From a virus, in the IMG/VR virus record IMGVR_UViG_3300027759_000050, positions 96,680 to 160,679 of that record: a stretch of DNA of 64,000 bases. One strand, given 5' to 3'. The notes under the pieces are model-generated. The model saw only the letters and a program-made list of their open reading frames with translations, did no database searches and was not told where the DNA came from. The translations under genes and the position numbers were made by a program. How positions within the stretch are numbered: the first letter of the stretch is position 1; the number at the start of each line of letters is the position of its first letter. Below, piece after piece: positions 9,641-19,666 of the stretch.

Positions 9641-10378
9641 TTAAACCTTCGTGTCTTGTGGTTTTTTTACAGGTGCCTTTTTAGCAACTATTCTTTTAAC
9701 AGGTTTTTTATCAAGTACTTCTTTGTGTTTGATAACCATTACTAGTAAAATTAAACTTAAATTTATAACAATAATCATTGTCCATGCTGCTGTCATATAG
9801 AACAGATATTCCGATTGCAATCTGTTCACTACCATTACATAGAATTCATTTGTAGTGTCAACAATTTCTTTCTTGTATTTTTTGTAATCATCTCCAAACA
9901 TCAACATCTGTGCTTCTGTGTAGTGATGCATCATTATGTCAAAATTTGGTTCGGGTTTACCTTTGTCAATCCATGCAAACGCTTCAACCTCAAGTTTAGC
10001 AAGATTATTGCTTAATTGTTCCGCTTTCAATAACTTATCCAATTCAGTCTGTGAGAACGGTACTTCATTTACTCTGACTTTGAATGATTTTGTGATTCCG
10101 TTGTCATCTGCTAGTTCTCCTTTGCGAATTTTGAGGACATTGTTAAACTCTGTTCTCCATTGTTCGTTCTTGGTTGTTACGAAAAATCTAGCATAATTAG
10201 TTAAATCGTCTGATGATTTAGCCATAACATGACTAAGTGAAGCTGCATGGTTAAGAGTAGTCAGTTGCGTTTCAGCACTTTTGAAACAACTAAGAACAAC
10301 CAAACTGCTTATGAATATAACCCCCGCAATAACATATGGAGTTCTTTTAAATTCTAAAATTTCATCTAATATTTTCAT
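9641..10378 (-). CDS. two-TM membrane protein with chemoreceptor/sensor-kinase-like periplasmic helical domain and no signalling domain
   Basis: TM - SSDDLTNYARFFVTT...ILKIR-like...AEQLSNNLAKLE - TM - short Lys-rich tail. Confidence 0.6.
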   Translation of the reverse strand: MKILDEILEFKRTPYVIAGVIFISSLVVLSCFKSAETQLTTLNHAASLSHVMAKSSDDLTNYARFFVTTKNEQWRTEFNNVLKIRKGELADDNGITKSFKVRVNEVPFSQTELDKLLKAEQLSNNLAKLEVEAFAWIDKGKPEPNFDIMMHHYTEAQMLMFGDDYKKYKKEIVDTTNEFYVMVVNRLQSEYLFYMTAAWTMIIVINLSLILLVMVIKHKEVLDKKPVKRIVAKKAPVKKPQDTKV

Positions 10379-10548
10379 GTTAATGTCTTCATTATTAAAG
10401 ATAGTATCTGTTTGACTTCTGCTTGATAATTGGTAAGAATAACCATACCCACACCTAGCAACGCGGTTGGGAAACTTTTTGTAGCCGGCGATGGTGCCGG
10501 TGCTGGTTCAACTACTTTTCGTCTAGTAGTAACCTTTTTTGAAACCAT
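10375..10548 (-). CDS. small membrane protein (57 aa, not in ORF track)
   Basis: MVSKKVTTRRKVVEPAPAPSPATKSFPTALLGVGMVILTNY...; fills the gap exactly with an ATGA overlap to the next gene. Confidence 0.65.
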   Translation of the reverse strand: MVSKKVTTRRKVVEPAPAPSPATKSFPTALLGVGMVILTNYQAEVKQILSLIMKTLT

Positions 10549-10552
10549 TTTA

Positions 10553-11158
10553 TTAACCTAATACATGCAGAGCATGTTCATAGTGTTTAATTCTATCTTC
10601 TAGACCAATAGTTCCTCCATTGATTCTTTTTGTCAGTGTAACAATGTCACCTTTATCTGCCCATTGGTTTAAGTTATTGCTTTCCCAGAACCAGCATGCT
10701 GATTGTACTGCACCTTCAAATGTACCAAGATACTCTGGCAATTCTTCAATATTCATTTCAAGACTATCAGCAAAATTCTGATAGTTATCTTTACCTGTCA
10801 ACTGAATTAGTCCACGGCCACAGTAACGATAACCATCACCAGATTCTTCAGGACCATTACCCATTCTATTTGCGTATACACGATTTGCAATAGCTTCTTG
10901 TTTACCTGCAAATTGTTGAGCTGATGATTCTGTGAAATATTTTGGAAATACTTTGCAAAGTGTTGCAGCTCTATAATTTAGATTCTCTTTTAACGCAGTG
11001 AAACCACCAGACTCATGTGAGCATTGAGCAATAAATGCTGCGATCCGATGTGGTGTATTAATCTCATAGTCAGGCAATAGTTGCTCTAATGCTTCATGCC
11101 ATTGTTGAACATATTGATTGTTTGGAAGAAGTTGTTGTAGTTGTTCTAGTGTAATCAT
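10553..11158 (-). CDS. endolysin, glycoside hydrolase family 19
   Basis: AAFIAQCSHESGGF, ENLNY, YRYCGRGLIQLTG, RINGGTIGL. Confidence 0.93.
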   Translation of the reverse strand: MITLEQLQQLLPNNQYVQQWHEALEQLLPDYEINTPHRIAAFIAQCSHESGGFTALKENLNYRAATLCKVFPKYFTESSAQQFAGKQEAIANRVYANRMGNGPEESGDGYRYCGRGLIQLTGKDNYQNFADSLEMNIEELPEYLGTFEGAVQSACWFWESNNLNQWADKGDIVTLTKRINGGTIGLEDRIKHYEHALHVLG

Positions 11159-11439
11159 TGTAACTCCTCAAATATTTTCTTTTGTTTATTAAACCATTCA
11201 ATCAATCCACTATTATTAGCAGAACAATCTTTGTATTGTTTGTAGTTTTCTGTTATTGTTTTTGAAATGTCACTTAGTTTTGATTCATCTGGTATTTTCT
11301 TCAACGGAGGACATTGTACATTCAGTTCTTCCGGAATAGAAGGAAAATTAACTGTTACAGGAACAGTTGTTGAGCATCCTGTAATAAGAATCAGTATTGT
11401 GATAAAAATATAAATGGTGAATAATCTAACTAAGTTCAT
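11155..11439 (-). CDS. o-spanin (outer-membrane lipoprotein)
   Basis: Lipobox LITG-C, Pro-rich segment, between i-spanin and endolysin. Confidence 0.8.
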   Translation of the reverse strand: MNLVRLFTIYIFITILILITGCSTTVPVTVNFPSIPEELNVQCPPLKKIPDESKLSDISKTITENYKQYKDCSANNSGLIEWFNKQKKIFEELQ

Positions 11440-11861
11440 TCTGCGGCCTTATTCAAAGATTCAATGAATTCTTTAGGCATTTCACAAGGTCCACCTGGCA
11501 GAAATTTGGTATCATATTTGACAACTTCTTTGTCAATGTACTTTATAATTTCTGCACCTTTTTGTTTGATGAATTGTTTTTGATAAACAACTTTCTCAAC
11601 AACTTTGACTGTCTCTATTGCAGATTTATTTTCAGCTACAACAACTTTAGCTTCCAATTCGGCGACACGTTCTTTCCATTTTTTGTTTTCAGAAATGCCA
11701 CCAAACATATACACAGAAAACAATAAAACAACCACACAAACAACTTGTATGAGTGTCTTATGCATTGGTGCAAAAATGGATAAGATTAATCCAAATAGAC
11801 TCAGAAAGAATGGAACATAAAAAACCCAATCAGGTAAGAAATCCAATAACCACATAAACAT
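11436..11861 (-). CDS. i-spanin
   Basis: N-terminal TM helices, coiled coil, C-terminal Cys; adjacent to lipoprotein gene. Confidence 0.75.
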   Translation of the reverse strand: MFMWLLDFLPDWVFYVPFFLSLFGLILSIFAPMHKTLIQVVCVVVLLFSVYMFGGISENKKWKERVAELEAKVVVAENKSAIETVKVVEKVVYQKQFIKQKGAEIIKYIDKEVVKYDTKFLPGGPCEMPKEFIESLNKAAE

Positions 11862-11863
11862 GA

Positions 11864-12241
11864 TTACATCCTTGGTGGAGCTCTATGACCCATTGGTTGA
11901 AGGACCACTTTTCTTTTCTTTTTCAGATAAACACCAGGTTCACCACCTTTGCCACCTGAACCTGCAATAGCACCAGTACCTACAACATTGGTAGGACCCG
12001 GAACAGCTATACCGTCTTCTTTCATATAGCTTTCTTTGATGTTTGCAATGTAATTATAATCATCCATTGTTAGAGTTCCTTTATTGCGTATATCAATAAG
12101 TCTCTCTACGACACGGTGTAGGTCCATGTCTGATTTAATATCTTCTCTTGCTAATTCTAAAACACGAATCATCAAAGGAATATCTAATGCGATTGTGTCT
12201 TTCTTGTCAGCTTCAGTTACAAATTGTTTGAATGATTTCAT
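11864..12241 (-). CDS. putative internal head protein
   Basis: Starts MKSFKQFVTE, resembling the T4 internal-protein capsid targeting sequence. Confidence 0.6.
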   Translation of the reverse strand: MKSFKQFVTEADKKDTIALDIPLMIRVLELAREDIKSDMDLHRVVERLIDIRNKGTLTMDDYNYIANIKESYMKEDGIAVPGPTNVVGTGAIAGSGGKGGEPGVYLKKKRKVVLQPMGHRAPPRM

Positions 12242-12756
12242 TAGCAATTCCATTTTCTTAATGCTAATGCTTTGCGTGAAGGTTCACCATTAGGTTTTTT
12301 CATTGCACCTTTCATACCACCCATTCTAGCACAAAATGATTTACGGCGGTTGGCTGCTTTAGAACCTGGTTTCAATTTTGATGGCTTTGTAGTCACTGCC
12401 ATACTTAACTTTGAACCTGGATTTTCACGGCGGTATGATGCAATACCTTTGCGGTTTAAACCACCTTTTGGATCTTTTCCTTCTTTACGGCGCCATGCCG
12501 CAGATTCATATAGTTCTTCATCCGATACATCTGCAAGTTCTTCCCAAATGATTTCAGGATCAATATGGTGTACTTCTGAGATTTCCATGACCAGTTCTTC
12601 AATAATATCAAACATTGCTTCCACTTCTTCTGGAACACAATTAGGAACTGTTCGACCACCCTTTTCTTTAGTGCCGACTGGATGATAACCAGTCCAACAA
12701 GGGTTTGTGTTTTTTAAGGTCTTTTTTTCTTCCAGGAATTGTTTGAATGATTTCAT
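12241..12756 (-). CDS. putative virion protein (DUF6321-like C-terminal domain)
   Basis: MKSFKQFLEE start; CWTGY...VPNCV module; AAWRRKEGK.PKGGLN...RRKSFCARM...RKWNC. Confidence 0.65.
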   Translation of the reverse strand: MKSFKQFLEEKKTLKNTNPCWTGYHPVGTKEKGGRTVPNCVPEEVEAMFDIIEELVMEISEVHHIDPEIIWEELADVSDEELYESAAWRRKEGKDPKGGLNRKGIASYRRENPGSKLSMAVTTKPSKLKPGSKAANRRKSFCARMGGMKGAMKKPNGEPSRKALALRKWNC

Positions 12757-13142
12757 ATATTTCTTAGTATGTCTGCTATTTTCATGTCTACTGATATTAA
12801 ATCTGTATCTATGTCTTTACCTCTTATACCCTTTACTACCTTTGGCAATATATTTAAGAATAATAAAAATGTCTTTAAGGAATCATAATCCTTTTCATCG
12901 ATTCTAAAAAATAATATTCTGGAGGTTGCTTCAGGTCCAAATACATTATTTAAGAGAATGATATGATTAAGAATTAGTCTTTCTTTTATGTTTTTGGTTG
13001 CCTTGTATCTACGAAATAACCTTTTTAGGTATTTTGTTCTTTTTAAGTCTCCCTCAAACTCAGACATTAAACAACTAGGTGATGTATAACATTTTACTGC
13101 ATACATCACAAAGTTGTCTTCGTTTAGTTCATCAAAATTCAT
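12753..13142 (-). CDS. conserved T4-like hypothetical protein
   Basis: FDELNEDNF...ERLILNHIILLNNVFG, recalled from T4-like phages. Confidence 0.65.
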   Translation of the reverse strand: MNFDELNEDNFVMYAVKCYTSPSCLMSEFEGDLKRTKYLKRLFRRYKATKNIKERLILNHIILLNNVFGPEATSRILFFRIDEKDYDSLKTFLLFLNILPKVVKGIRGKDIDTDLISVDMKIADILRNI

Positions 13143-13157
13143 TATAAAGAGAATACA

Positions 13158-13784
13158 TTAGGTATTAGCGAATGCTCTACCCCATGAAGTGTTACCACCA
13201 GCAGTGTTTACGGATGACGCATCAGTCAAACAAACTAGAGTTTCACGCAAATAACGGACTGATCCATCAGCGTTTGTTTTCTTTCTAACGTGAACCCATC
13301 CTGTGTTAACTGATCCAAGAATTTTGTTATTGGCAGCAGTAATTCTAGTATCTGTTGCAAGAACTGTGTCGGCATAGTAAGTAGCAGAAACTTCACCTGT
13401 TGGTCGTACAATAGGTGAATCAAAACCAATAATTGAACCAGCTGCAATATTGCCTGTTGTTCCCGTTGACATAGTTACTAGATTTCCAGCTGAAACAGCT
13501 GTTGTAGTAACATTCGAAAAGAACATACCAGGTGAACCGTTTGATGATAGGTTAGCAACAGCTGAACCACCACTCAAAAGATTTACATATAAACCACCTG
13601 TAACACCGACATTTGCTACGTTTGCAGCATAAGTAAATTTAATGGTTGTAGCGCCGGCGACGGTTAAATTAGCTGTAACTAGTTGTGTGACAGTTCTAAC
13701 TTGGCGTTCATATGGCCATTCAGGATGTCCAAATCCACCTGGTGTTTGTGGGGTGTCGTTATTATTCCATGTTTCGTAAGCCAT
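13158..13784 (-). CDS. putative virion structural protein
   Basis: Thr/Gly/Ala/Asn-rich; C-terminal GWV...R..ETLV pattern. Confidence 0.6.
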   Translation of the reverse strand: MAYETWNNNDTPQTPGGFGHPEWPYERQVRTVTQLVTANLTVAGATTIKFTYAANVANVGVTGGLYVNLLSGGSAVANLSSNGSPGMFFSNVTTTAVSAGNLVTMSTGTTGNIAAGSIIGFDSPIVRPTGEVSATYYADTVLATDTRITAANNKILGSVNTGWVHVRKKTNADGSVRYLRETLVCLTDASSVNTAGGNTSWGRAFANT

Positions 13785-13818
13785 TTTTTCTCCTTGGGTA
13801 GAAAGGTATTCTATCTAT

Positions 13819-15024
13819 TTATTGTTCTTGTGGTTTCTGCTTGATTTTGTCCATACTCTTGTAGTCTGGCATCTTACTGCGATTCTTCATCATAGGATCA
13901 AGTTCAACGGTATCTCTTGGTTCACCAGTCAATGTTTTACCACCTTTTAGTATTAACCTTGCATTTGGTTTATCGTCACCTATGTTATTTACACCGTCTA
14001 TTTTTTGTACAGTTGGTTTTTTACCATAAGGCTTTGCGGCCTTATCGTCTTTCTCCCAATCATATAAATCTTCCTGTACTTGGCGGGAAGCTGAATGGAA
14101 TTCTTTTACAATTCTCTTAATAGACTTCTTTGGAGGTGCAAGTGTTTCACCACCATTTGCACCATCAGCTGGAGATTGTGTTGCAGCTTGTGGATCAACG
14201 GAATCTTCATTTGTTCTACTTCTTTTTTGACTTGCATAATAAGCAGCAAGAGCCATTTGCATACGTTGTGCTTTAGATTTTCCATCAAACTTTGGATTGT
14301 CTGAATGGACAAAATCATGGATCCAATTGTAAGCAGTTGAATTTTTAGATAAAGCTTCATCTAAACTGATTTCTTCTTCCAATTCATCAGTAGACTTTAA
14401 GTAATCCAATGATGTTGTGATATAGTCTTCAGCTTTTGTGATTTTTGCTTGTACCCATTCTGGAAGATTCTCATCATCTTCAAGCATATCTTTTAGAGCT
14501 TCAGCATTTCTACAAATTGTTTGAAGTTGTGTTTTGGCCATTGCACCTTCATAATCATATTCACCAGAATCTTTGGCTTCAGACACACGTTTATCATCGT
14601 TTGCAAATTGTTTCTTGGTTGCCTTGACAATACCGGAGAAACGCTTGTTAGCTTTCTGAATGTTTTCTCTACCACCAGCTTTATCCAATTCTGATGCTTG
14701 ACTTCCTGCAGCAGTCTTGTAGCGACCTAGTAATTCATTTGAAACTTCATCGATTTGGTCATCTTCATAGATGCCATGGTCTCTTTTCCATTTTTCATAA
14801 TCACCAGTCTTAGATTGAGACACTCTTTTATTCTTAGTAATGTAATTCACATTCCAACCCTTCGACTTGTAAAATTGTTTTAGTAAATCTGAACGCTTTG
14901 ATGTAATATTTTCAGCAACATTAGCCTTTGCTGACCAAGGATCATTTGGGTCAGTAAAACTACTTTTAGGTGAAATGGATGTAGGTTTTATTACATCCTT
15001 GATTACATTTTTTTTACTTTTCAT
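13819..15024 (-). CDS. putative internal head protein (modular)
   Basis: Charged; many L/I-x-E candidate gp21 cleavage sites; EYDYEGAMAK...LPEWVQAKIT module. Confidence 0.6.
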   Translation of the reverse strand: MKSKKNVIKDVIKPTSISPKSSFTDPNDPWSAKANVAENITSKRSDLLKQFYKSKGWNVNYITKNKRVSQSKTGDYEKWKRDHGIYEDDQIDEVSNELLGRYKTAAGSQASELDKAGGRENIQKANKRFSGIVKATKKQFANDDKRVSEAKDSGEYDYEGAMAKTQLQTICRNAEALKDMLEDDENLPEWVQAKITKAEDYITTSLDYLKSTDELEEEISLDEALSKNSTAYNWIHDFVHSDNPKFDGKSKAQRMQMALAAYYASQKRSRTNEDSVDPQAATQSPADGANGGETLAPPKKSIKRIVKEFHSASRQVQEDLYDWEKDDKAAKPYGKKPTVQKIDGVNNIGDDKPNARLILKGGKTLTGEPRDTVELDPMMKNRSKMPDYKSMDKIKQKPQEQ

Positions 15025-15027
15025 TTT

Positions 15028-15861
15028 TTATTCCGAAGTTCCTGTTTTTCCCAACATTTCTTTGATTCTCTTGAATGTAGGTTTAACAGCTTTATTGATT
15101 TCTCTGTGTGTTGCAGAATCGGTAACAAAAGGTACAGCAGTATCTGTGCCTTTACCTTCAGCTTTCAATGTTGCTTTTTTACCAGAGAAATGAGCATTTG
15201 CATTTTTCACTTCTGGATCATTGGAGAGTGTAGGTCCTTTAAGTGTATCAACTCTTACAGCTTTCTTTCCTTTGTTTTCTCCAACGACACTTTGCATTGC
15301 ACCAATGTCTTCTTTGGTTAAACGGTCAATTGCTTTTTCAACACCATCTCTGCGTTTCCAAGACGTTTGTTTATATTTACTGGATAGTTGAGTGTTGGAA
15401 TCTTTCATACCTGGACTTCTTGCTCTGTCAGCCCTGTTTTCAAAATCTGCGCCAATTTTACGCATAATTGTAGCATCACGGGATGCTTTCTTAGCATACG
15501 AACCAAGAGTGGACTTTGACAATTCATCAAGTTCTTCAACTTCTTCTTTTTTCATTCTTAGTAATTTGAAATCGTGGGAATCTAATTTACCATTGCGATT
15601 CTTGTCCAACTTGTGTTGGTCGCCTTTTAATTCTTCCGACACATCTTCTTCTTTAACGTCCTTAGGAATAGCCATTTTAGCTAAATGTTTAACTCTAGAA
15701 GCATCACCATGGCCAGGTTTTGTATCTGGTTTTTTGTATGGACCATCAAATGGAGGAGTTTCTTTTTTCTTTCCAGGTTCAAGGAGCAATTTTTTGTCTT
15801 CAGCTAAAACAGATTCAACTGCGTCTATCATTGATTGTGAAACACTATTCTTAGTAAACAT
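15028..15861 (-). CDS. putative internal head protein with EF-hand-like loop
   Basis: LDKNRNGKLDSHDF; LDELSKSTLGSY module. Confidence 0.6.
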   Translation of the reverse strand: MFTKNSVSQSMIDAVESVLAEDKKLLLEPGKKKETPPFDGPYKKPDTKPGHGDASRVKHLAKMAIPKDVKEEDVSEELKGDQHKLDKNRNGKLDSHDFKLLRMKKEEVEELDELSKSTLGSYAKKASRDATIMRKIGADFENRADRARSPGMKDSNTQLSSKYKQTSWKRRDGVEKAIDRLTKEDIGAMQSVVGENKGKKAVRVDTLKGPTLSNDPEVKNANAHFSGKKATLKAEGKGTDTAVPFVTDSATHREINKAVKPTFKRIKEMLGKTGTSE

Positions 15862-17624
15862 TATTTTGCTCCTGATTTTTTGTTTTGTATTTTAGGTGTA
15901 ATACCTGATTTTATGTATTTATCTGTAGGCTTAACTAGAGGTTCTTTGTTCATTGCACCACCCATAACACCTGCAACTCCCATTTCATTGCCTGTTTCAC
16001 CGGAGTATACGGATTCTTTGAAACCTTTGAGTTTTTTCTTTTCACCTAGTGGATTTGGATTGACATTTTTAGGTCTAGAATCTAAACCAGCACCGGCAAC
16101 ATTTATGTTATCGAATTCTTCCGCTTCACTGTAGGTCTGATTACCCAATCCTGCACCACCAATGCTTGCTGCATCACCGCCGCCGCCACTTCTTGCATTC
16201 GTTGTTTGGCCAATACCAGTTCCGTCAGAAACTCTATTATTTGTTAATGCAGTCTTTTTCTTGCCAGTTTCTTTGTCTTTATTGAAATTGGCTTCCGCAT
16301 AGGTTCTAAATGCGTATGTACTATTTGATTTTACATCACCGTCCCGAACATCATCTTGTTTACCCATCTTATATTGAGCTTGCATAAAAGGACTGTTATT
16401 ATCTTTTAGAATTTTAACTTTTTTAATCTTAGAACTTTCATACAAACCCCTGAAACGATTTCCATTCTGTAGAGATTCGATGATGGAACTAGATGACAGG
16501 AACTCTTTTGTTAGTTTGTAAGTTTCTGTAATATCTTCTTCTTTAGATTCTAAGTCACCGGAATTGTCAAATCTTACAAAATCAGTAAACATTTCTGAAA
16601 GTTGTTCAGCATTATTTTGTGCTTTTTCCCACTTTTGTTGGCGAATAGATTCCATCATCATCTTGGACAACAATGTGTTTCTTTCTTGACTGACTGAATT
16701 GGTTGTATCTACAAAGACCATCATTGTCTTGTAACCCAAATCTTCCAATTCTTCCTTGATTTGACCAATCTTCTCCAAATCATCTGCCGGTCCATTGATA
16801 ATCAATGGTGCGCGGGTGCGTATGGATTCGAATTTTGGACTCATGGATCTCATTGCAAGTTTGTGTTTATCGTTTAGAATATCAACAACTTGTTGGAAAT
16901 TATGTTCAACAATTTTTTGTGAAGCAATACATTCACGAACGATAATGTCTTTACCAGAACCAGGGCCACCAGTTACAAAGATTGCTTTGTGGCGGCCATA
17001 ACTGTAATCTTCATGTAATCCCATTCCTTTGCGGACATCATGCATCAATTCTTTTGCATGGTGTTCAGGTACATGAGAGGGAACACCTTTACGGAATTCT
17101 CCGAAGTTACTATTCTTGGCATGTTCACGCATCTTGGTGCCAGACATTCCTTCTGTACCCTCTGCGTCAGGATCTCTTTGTCCCGCAGAATGAACAGTTA
17201 TCTTCTTGAAATGATACAGAGCTCCAGGATGATTTCCATTGTATTGGTGTAACTTGTCGTGCATTTCTTTCACGCGGTCAGAACCAACAACCATGTGCAA
17301 GTGTGTCACACCTTTTTTATTTAATTCAGCTGCGTGTTGTAGAAAAGTTGGTTTCTCTTTAGAAGAAGCTTCAAAATGTGTACCAGGCGAATATCTTTTC
17401 AGGTGTTTAATCTTCTGTTGAGAAGAAAGTGGGTTCTTTTTTGAATCCTGTGAATGTGAAACAACCACAGCGGAATGATCCGCATGTTGTTTTTTTGCAA
17501 CTTCTTTTACTTTGTCTATAAGCTTTAGATGACCAGTAGTCGGAGGATTCATCCGACCAAAGGACATTACATGGTGAACATCACCAGATGCTTTTTCTTG
17601 TATAACTTCTAAAAAGGATTTCAT
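15861..17624 (-). CDS. cytidylyltransferase-like (HxGH) domain fused to P-loop kinase domain
   Basis: FGRMNPPTTGH, VVGSDR, MSGTKMR; second domain AIFVTGGPGSGKD (Walker A). Confidence 0.85.
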   Translation of the reverse strand: MKSFLEVIQEKASGDVHHVMSFGRMNPPTTGHLKLIDKVKEVAKKQHADHSAVVVSHSQDSKKNPLSSQQKIKHLKRYSPGTHFEASSKEKPTFLQHAAELNKKGVTHLHMVVGSDRVKEMHDKLHQYNGNHPGALYHFKKITVHSAGQRDPDAEGTEGMSGTKMREHAKNSNFGEFRKGVPSHVPEHHAKELMHDVRKGMGLHEDYSYGRHKAIFVTGGPGSGKDIIVRECIASQKIVEHNFQQVVDILNDKHKLAMRSMSPKFESIRTRAPLIINGPADDLEKIGQIKEELEDLGYKTMMVFVDTTNSVSQERNTLLSKMMMESIRQQKWEKAQNNAEQLSEMFTDFVRFDNSGDLESKEEDITETYKLTKEFLSSSSIIESLQNGNRFRGLYESSKIKKVKILKDNNSPFMQAQYKMGKQDDVRDGDVKSNSTYAFRTYAEANFNKDKETGKKKTALTNNRVSDGTGIGQTTNARSGGGGDAASIGGAGLGNQTYSEAEEFDNINVAGAGLDSRPKNVNPNPLGEKKKLKGFKESVYSGETGNEMGVAGVMGGAMNKEPLVKPTDKYIKSGITPKIQNKKSGAK

Positions 17625-18662
17625 TTAGTTTGTGTGGCCCAAAGTTTTTTTGAATTTTTCCATATGTTCATCGTGGTCTAAATTAACGTGACTGTGATTT
17701 AGACCTTTTTTACCATCTGGATGGAAAGCTACTGTACGAGCTGATTTATTACCTTTTTGTTTTTCTCTAATTCTCCAGACACCTTTGCCTGAAATTTTAG
17801 GCAGGCCATGACCTGTTTCATCATGTTCACCAACTCTATAAGTACCGTGGCCACCAACTTGCAATACGTGTACATGATGGTCTTTTAGATAACCTTCTGC
17901 TGGATGTAGATTTGGATGTTTAATTTCAATAGTTTTAGCACGACCAGATTCTGTTGAAACTGCCTTATCAGGATGTGGTTCATGTTTGTTCATGTGGTCA
18001 AGAATACCTGATTTTTCAATATGTTTTGCATATTCAGGTCTTTTCTTTTTGGCTGCATCACCAACATGCCAACCTTTTTCTTTTGTATGGTGAATTGTCA
18101 ATTGACCCATTGCAGCGGTAACACCGTTCTTTGTTTCACCGTTAAGTAATCCGCCTGTAACTGAACCTGCGTGGAATTTACCTTTTTTCTTATTTTCGAC
18201 AGCAAAATCTGTACCGCCAGTAGAACCTGCACCGGACATATGATGTGGCATAACTCCATGATGTTTTAATCTTGCAACAAATTTATTCTCATAGTCATGC
18301 CCTTTGTTTTCTGGAGCTTCACCTGGCTTATGCAACTTTGAAGCAAGCATTGTGTGGTGATTACCAACTTCATCTTCAACATGAACATGAGTTTGATGTT
18401 TACCCGTAACAAGATTATAATGTTTTTCAACACCATGAATTTTTACCGAAGAACCTTTAGGTAAATCATCATGTTCAGAAGCTAATGTGTGAGTAGGAGT
18501 TTTTGAACCAACATGTGGTAGTATGTACTTTTTTACATGAGCTTCAGCATCTGCACCTGACGCAGAAATTTTACCTCGACCCTCAGAAAGGATTGGTATA
18601 CCATCTTCATCGACTTCTATGCCAGCTCTTTCCCAATAAATTTGTTTTTGTCTATCTATCAT
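17625..18662 (-). CDS. His-rich putative internal head protein, possible PD-(D/E)xK fold
   Basis: GHDYE...TDFAV...GETK spacing. Confidence 0.55.
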   Translation of the reverse strand: MIDRQKQIYWERAGIEVDEDGIPILSEGRGKISASGADAEAHVKKYILPHVGSKTPTHTLASEHDDLPKGSSVKIHGVEKHYNLVTGKHQTHVHVEDEVGNHHTMLASKLHKPGEAPENKGHDYENKFVARLKHHGVMPHHMSGAGSTGGTDFAVENKKKGKFHAGSVTGGLLNGETKNGVTAAMGQLTIHHTKEKGWHVGDAAKKKRPEYAKHIEKSGILDHMNKHEPHPDKAVSTESGRAKTIEIKHPNLHPAEGYLKDHHVHVLQVGGHGTYRVGEHDETGHGLPKISGKGVWRIREKQKGNKSARTVAFHPDGKKGLNHSHVNLDHDEHMEKFKKTLGHTN

Positions 18663-18664
18663 TT

Positions 18665-19666
18665 TTATGCCCTTTCGTCCGATTTTACATTTCCGGATCT
18701 TCCTTCACCCTTAGGTAGTGCAATTCTAGGACGAGGTCCTTCATAGTTTTGTTGATCCACATGTGAAACTTTTGCTTCTTTACCCGCAGTTGATGATTTT
18801 ACTAAATGAGAAGCTGCTTGAGCTGAACCTTTTCCAAATTTACCTTCACCTGTAGTAGCTTCTTTTCTAACAAAATGGTTCAATTCAGGATGTCTATCGT
18901 GAGCTGAATTCATAGCTTTTTGAGCTTCATCACGATGATGTTCCATTTCTGACCTAGAAGAAGTTTTCATAGAATTTAAATGTTTAGCCACCGAACCCAT
19001 ATCTTTCATAATACCGGAATGGATTTCATCTTTCTTTTTTTGCGGTAAATTTTTATATTTTGGATGGTTGTTTAACATTTCTCTCGCAGCATGGTCATGT
19101 ACTGCATTATTTTCTTCTGGTCCACCTGACATTAATTGTGAACCGCCGCCCTTTTTCATTGAAAGTCTAATTCCTGAATGATTATTATCATTAGGATTAT
19201 GGATTGAAACATCAGCTTTAGATGTTGCACCTTTAGTCGCTCCATGCTTTTTCCATGTATCCGTAACAGTTCCTCTATCACCACCCATAACTTTTGCTTT
19301 ATGTTTTTCTTTTATTGCTTTTTTGAAATCTGGATGATTGGCTAGTGCATGAATTGTATGTACTGCTGTTTCATGTTCTGAATGATAACTATGTTCTGCT
19401 TCTTTTGTTTTTTTGCCGCCGGTGAAACCTTTATCCTCAGCATTGTTGAAATGTAAAGGATGAGTTTTATCGTTTTTTGATTTTTCTAATTCTTTCATCA
19501 TAGAAGGCTTATCATGAGCAATTCCTTTGCCAACCATGTGATTCCATATATTGGCATGAGCGTGTTCATCATTATAACTCACACCACTTTGTGCTTCATC
19601 TAATGGACCAATTTGTTCCATTAGACCAGCTCTATCCAACCAAATTTTTCTCTGTAGAGAAATCAT
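18665..19666 (-). CDS. His-rich putative internal head protein, possible PD-(D/E)xK fold
   Basis: TSKADV...RLSMKKGGGSQLMSG. Confidence 0.55.
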   Translation of the reverse strand: MISLQRKIWLDRAGLMEQIGPLDEAQSGVSYNDEHAHANIWNHMVGKGIAHDKPSMMKELEKSKNDKTHPLHFNNAEDKGFTGGKKTKEAEHSYHSEHETAVHTIHALANHPDFKKAIKEKHKAKVMGGDRGTVTDTWKKHGATKGATSKADVSIHNPNDNNHSGIRLSMKKGGGSQLMSGGPEENNAVHDHAAREMLNNHPKYKNLPQKKKDEIHSGIMKDMGSVAKHLNSMKTSSRSEMEHHRDEAQKAMNSAHDRHPELNHFVRKEATTGEGKFGKGSAQAASHLVKSSTAGKEAKVSHVDQQNYEGPRPRIALPKGEGRSGNVKSDERA

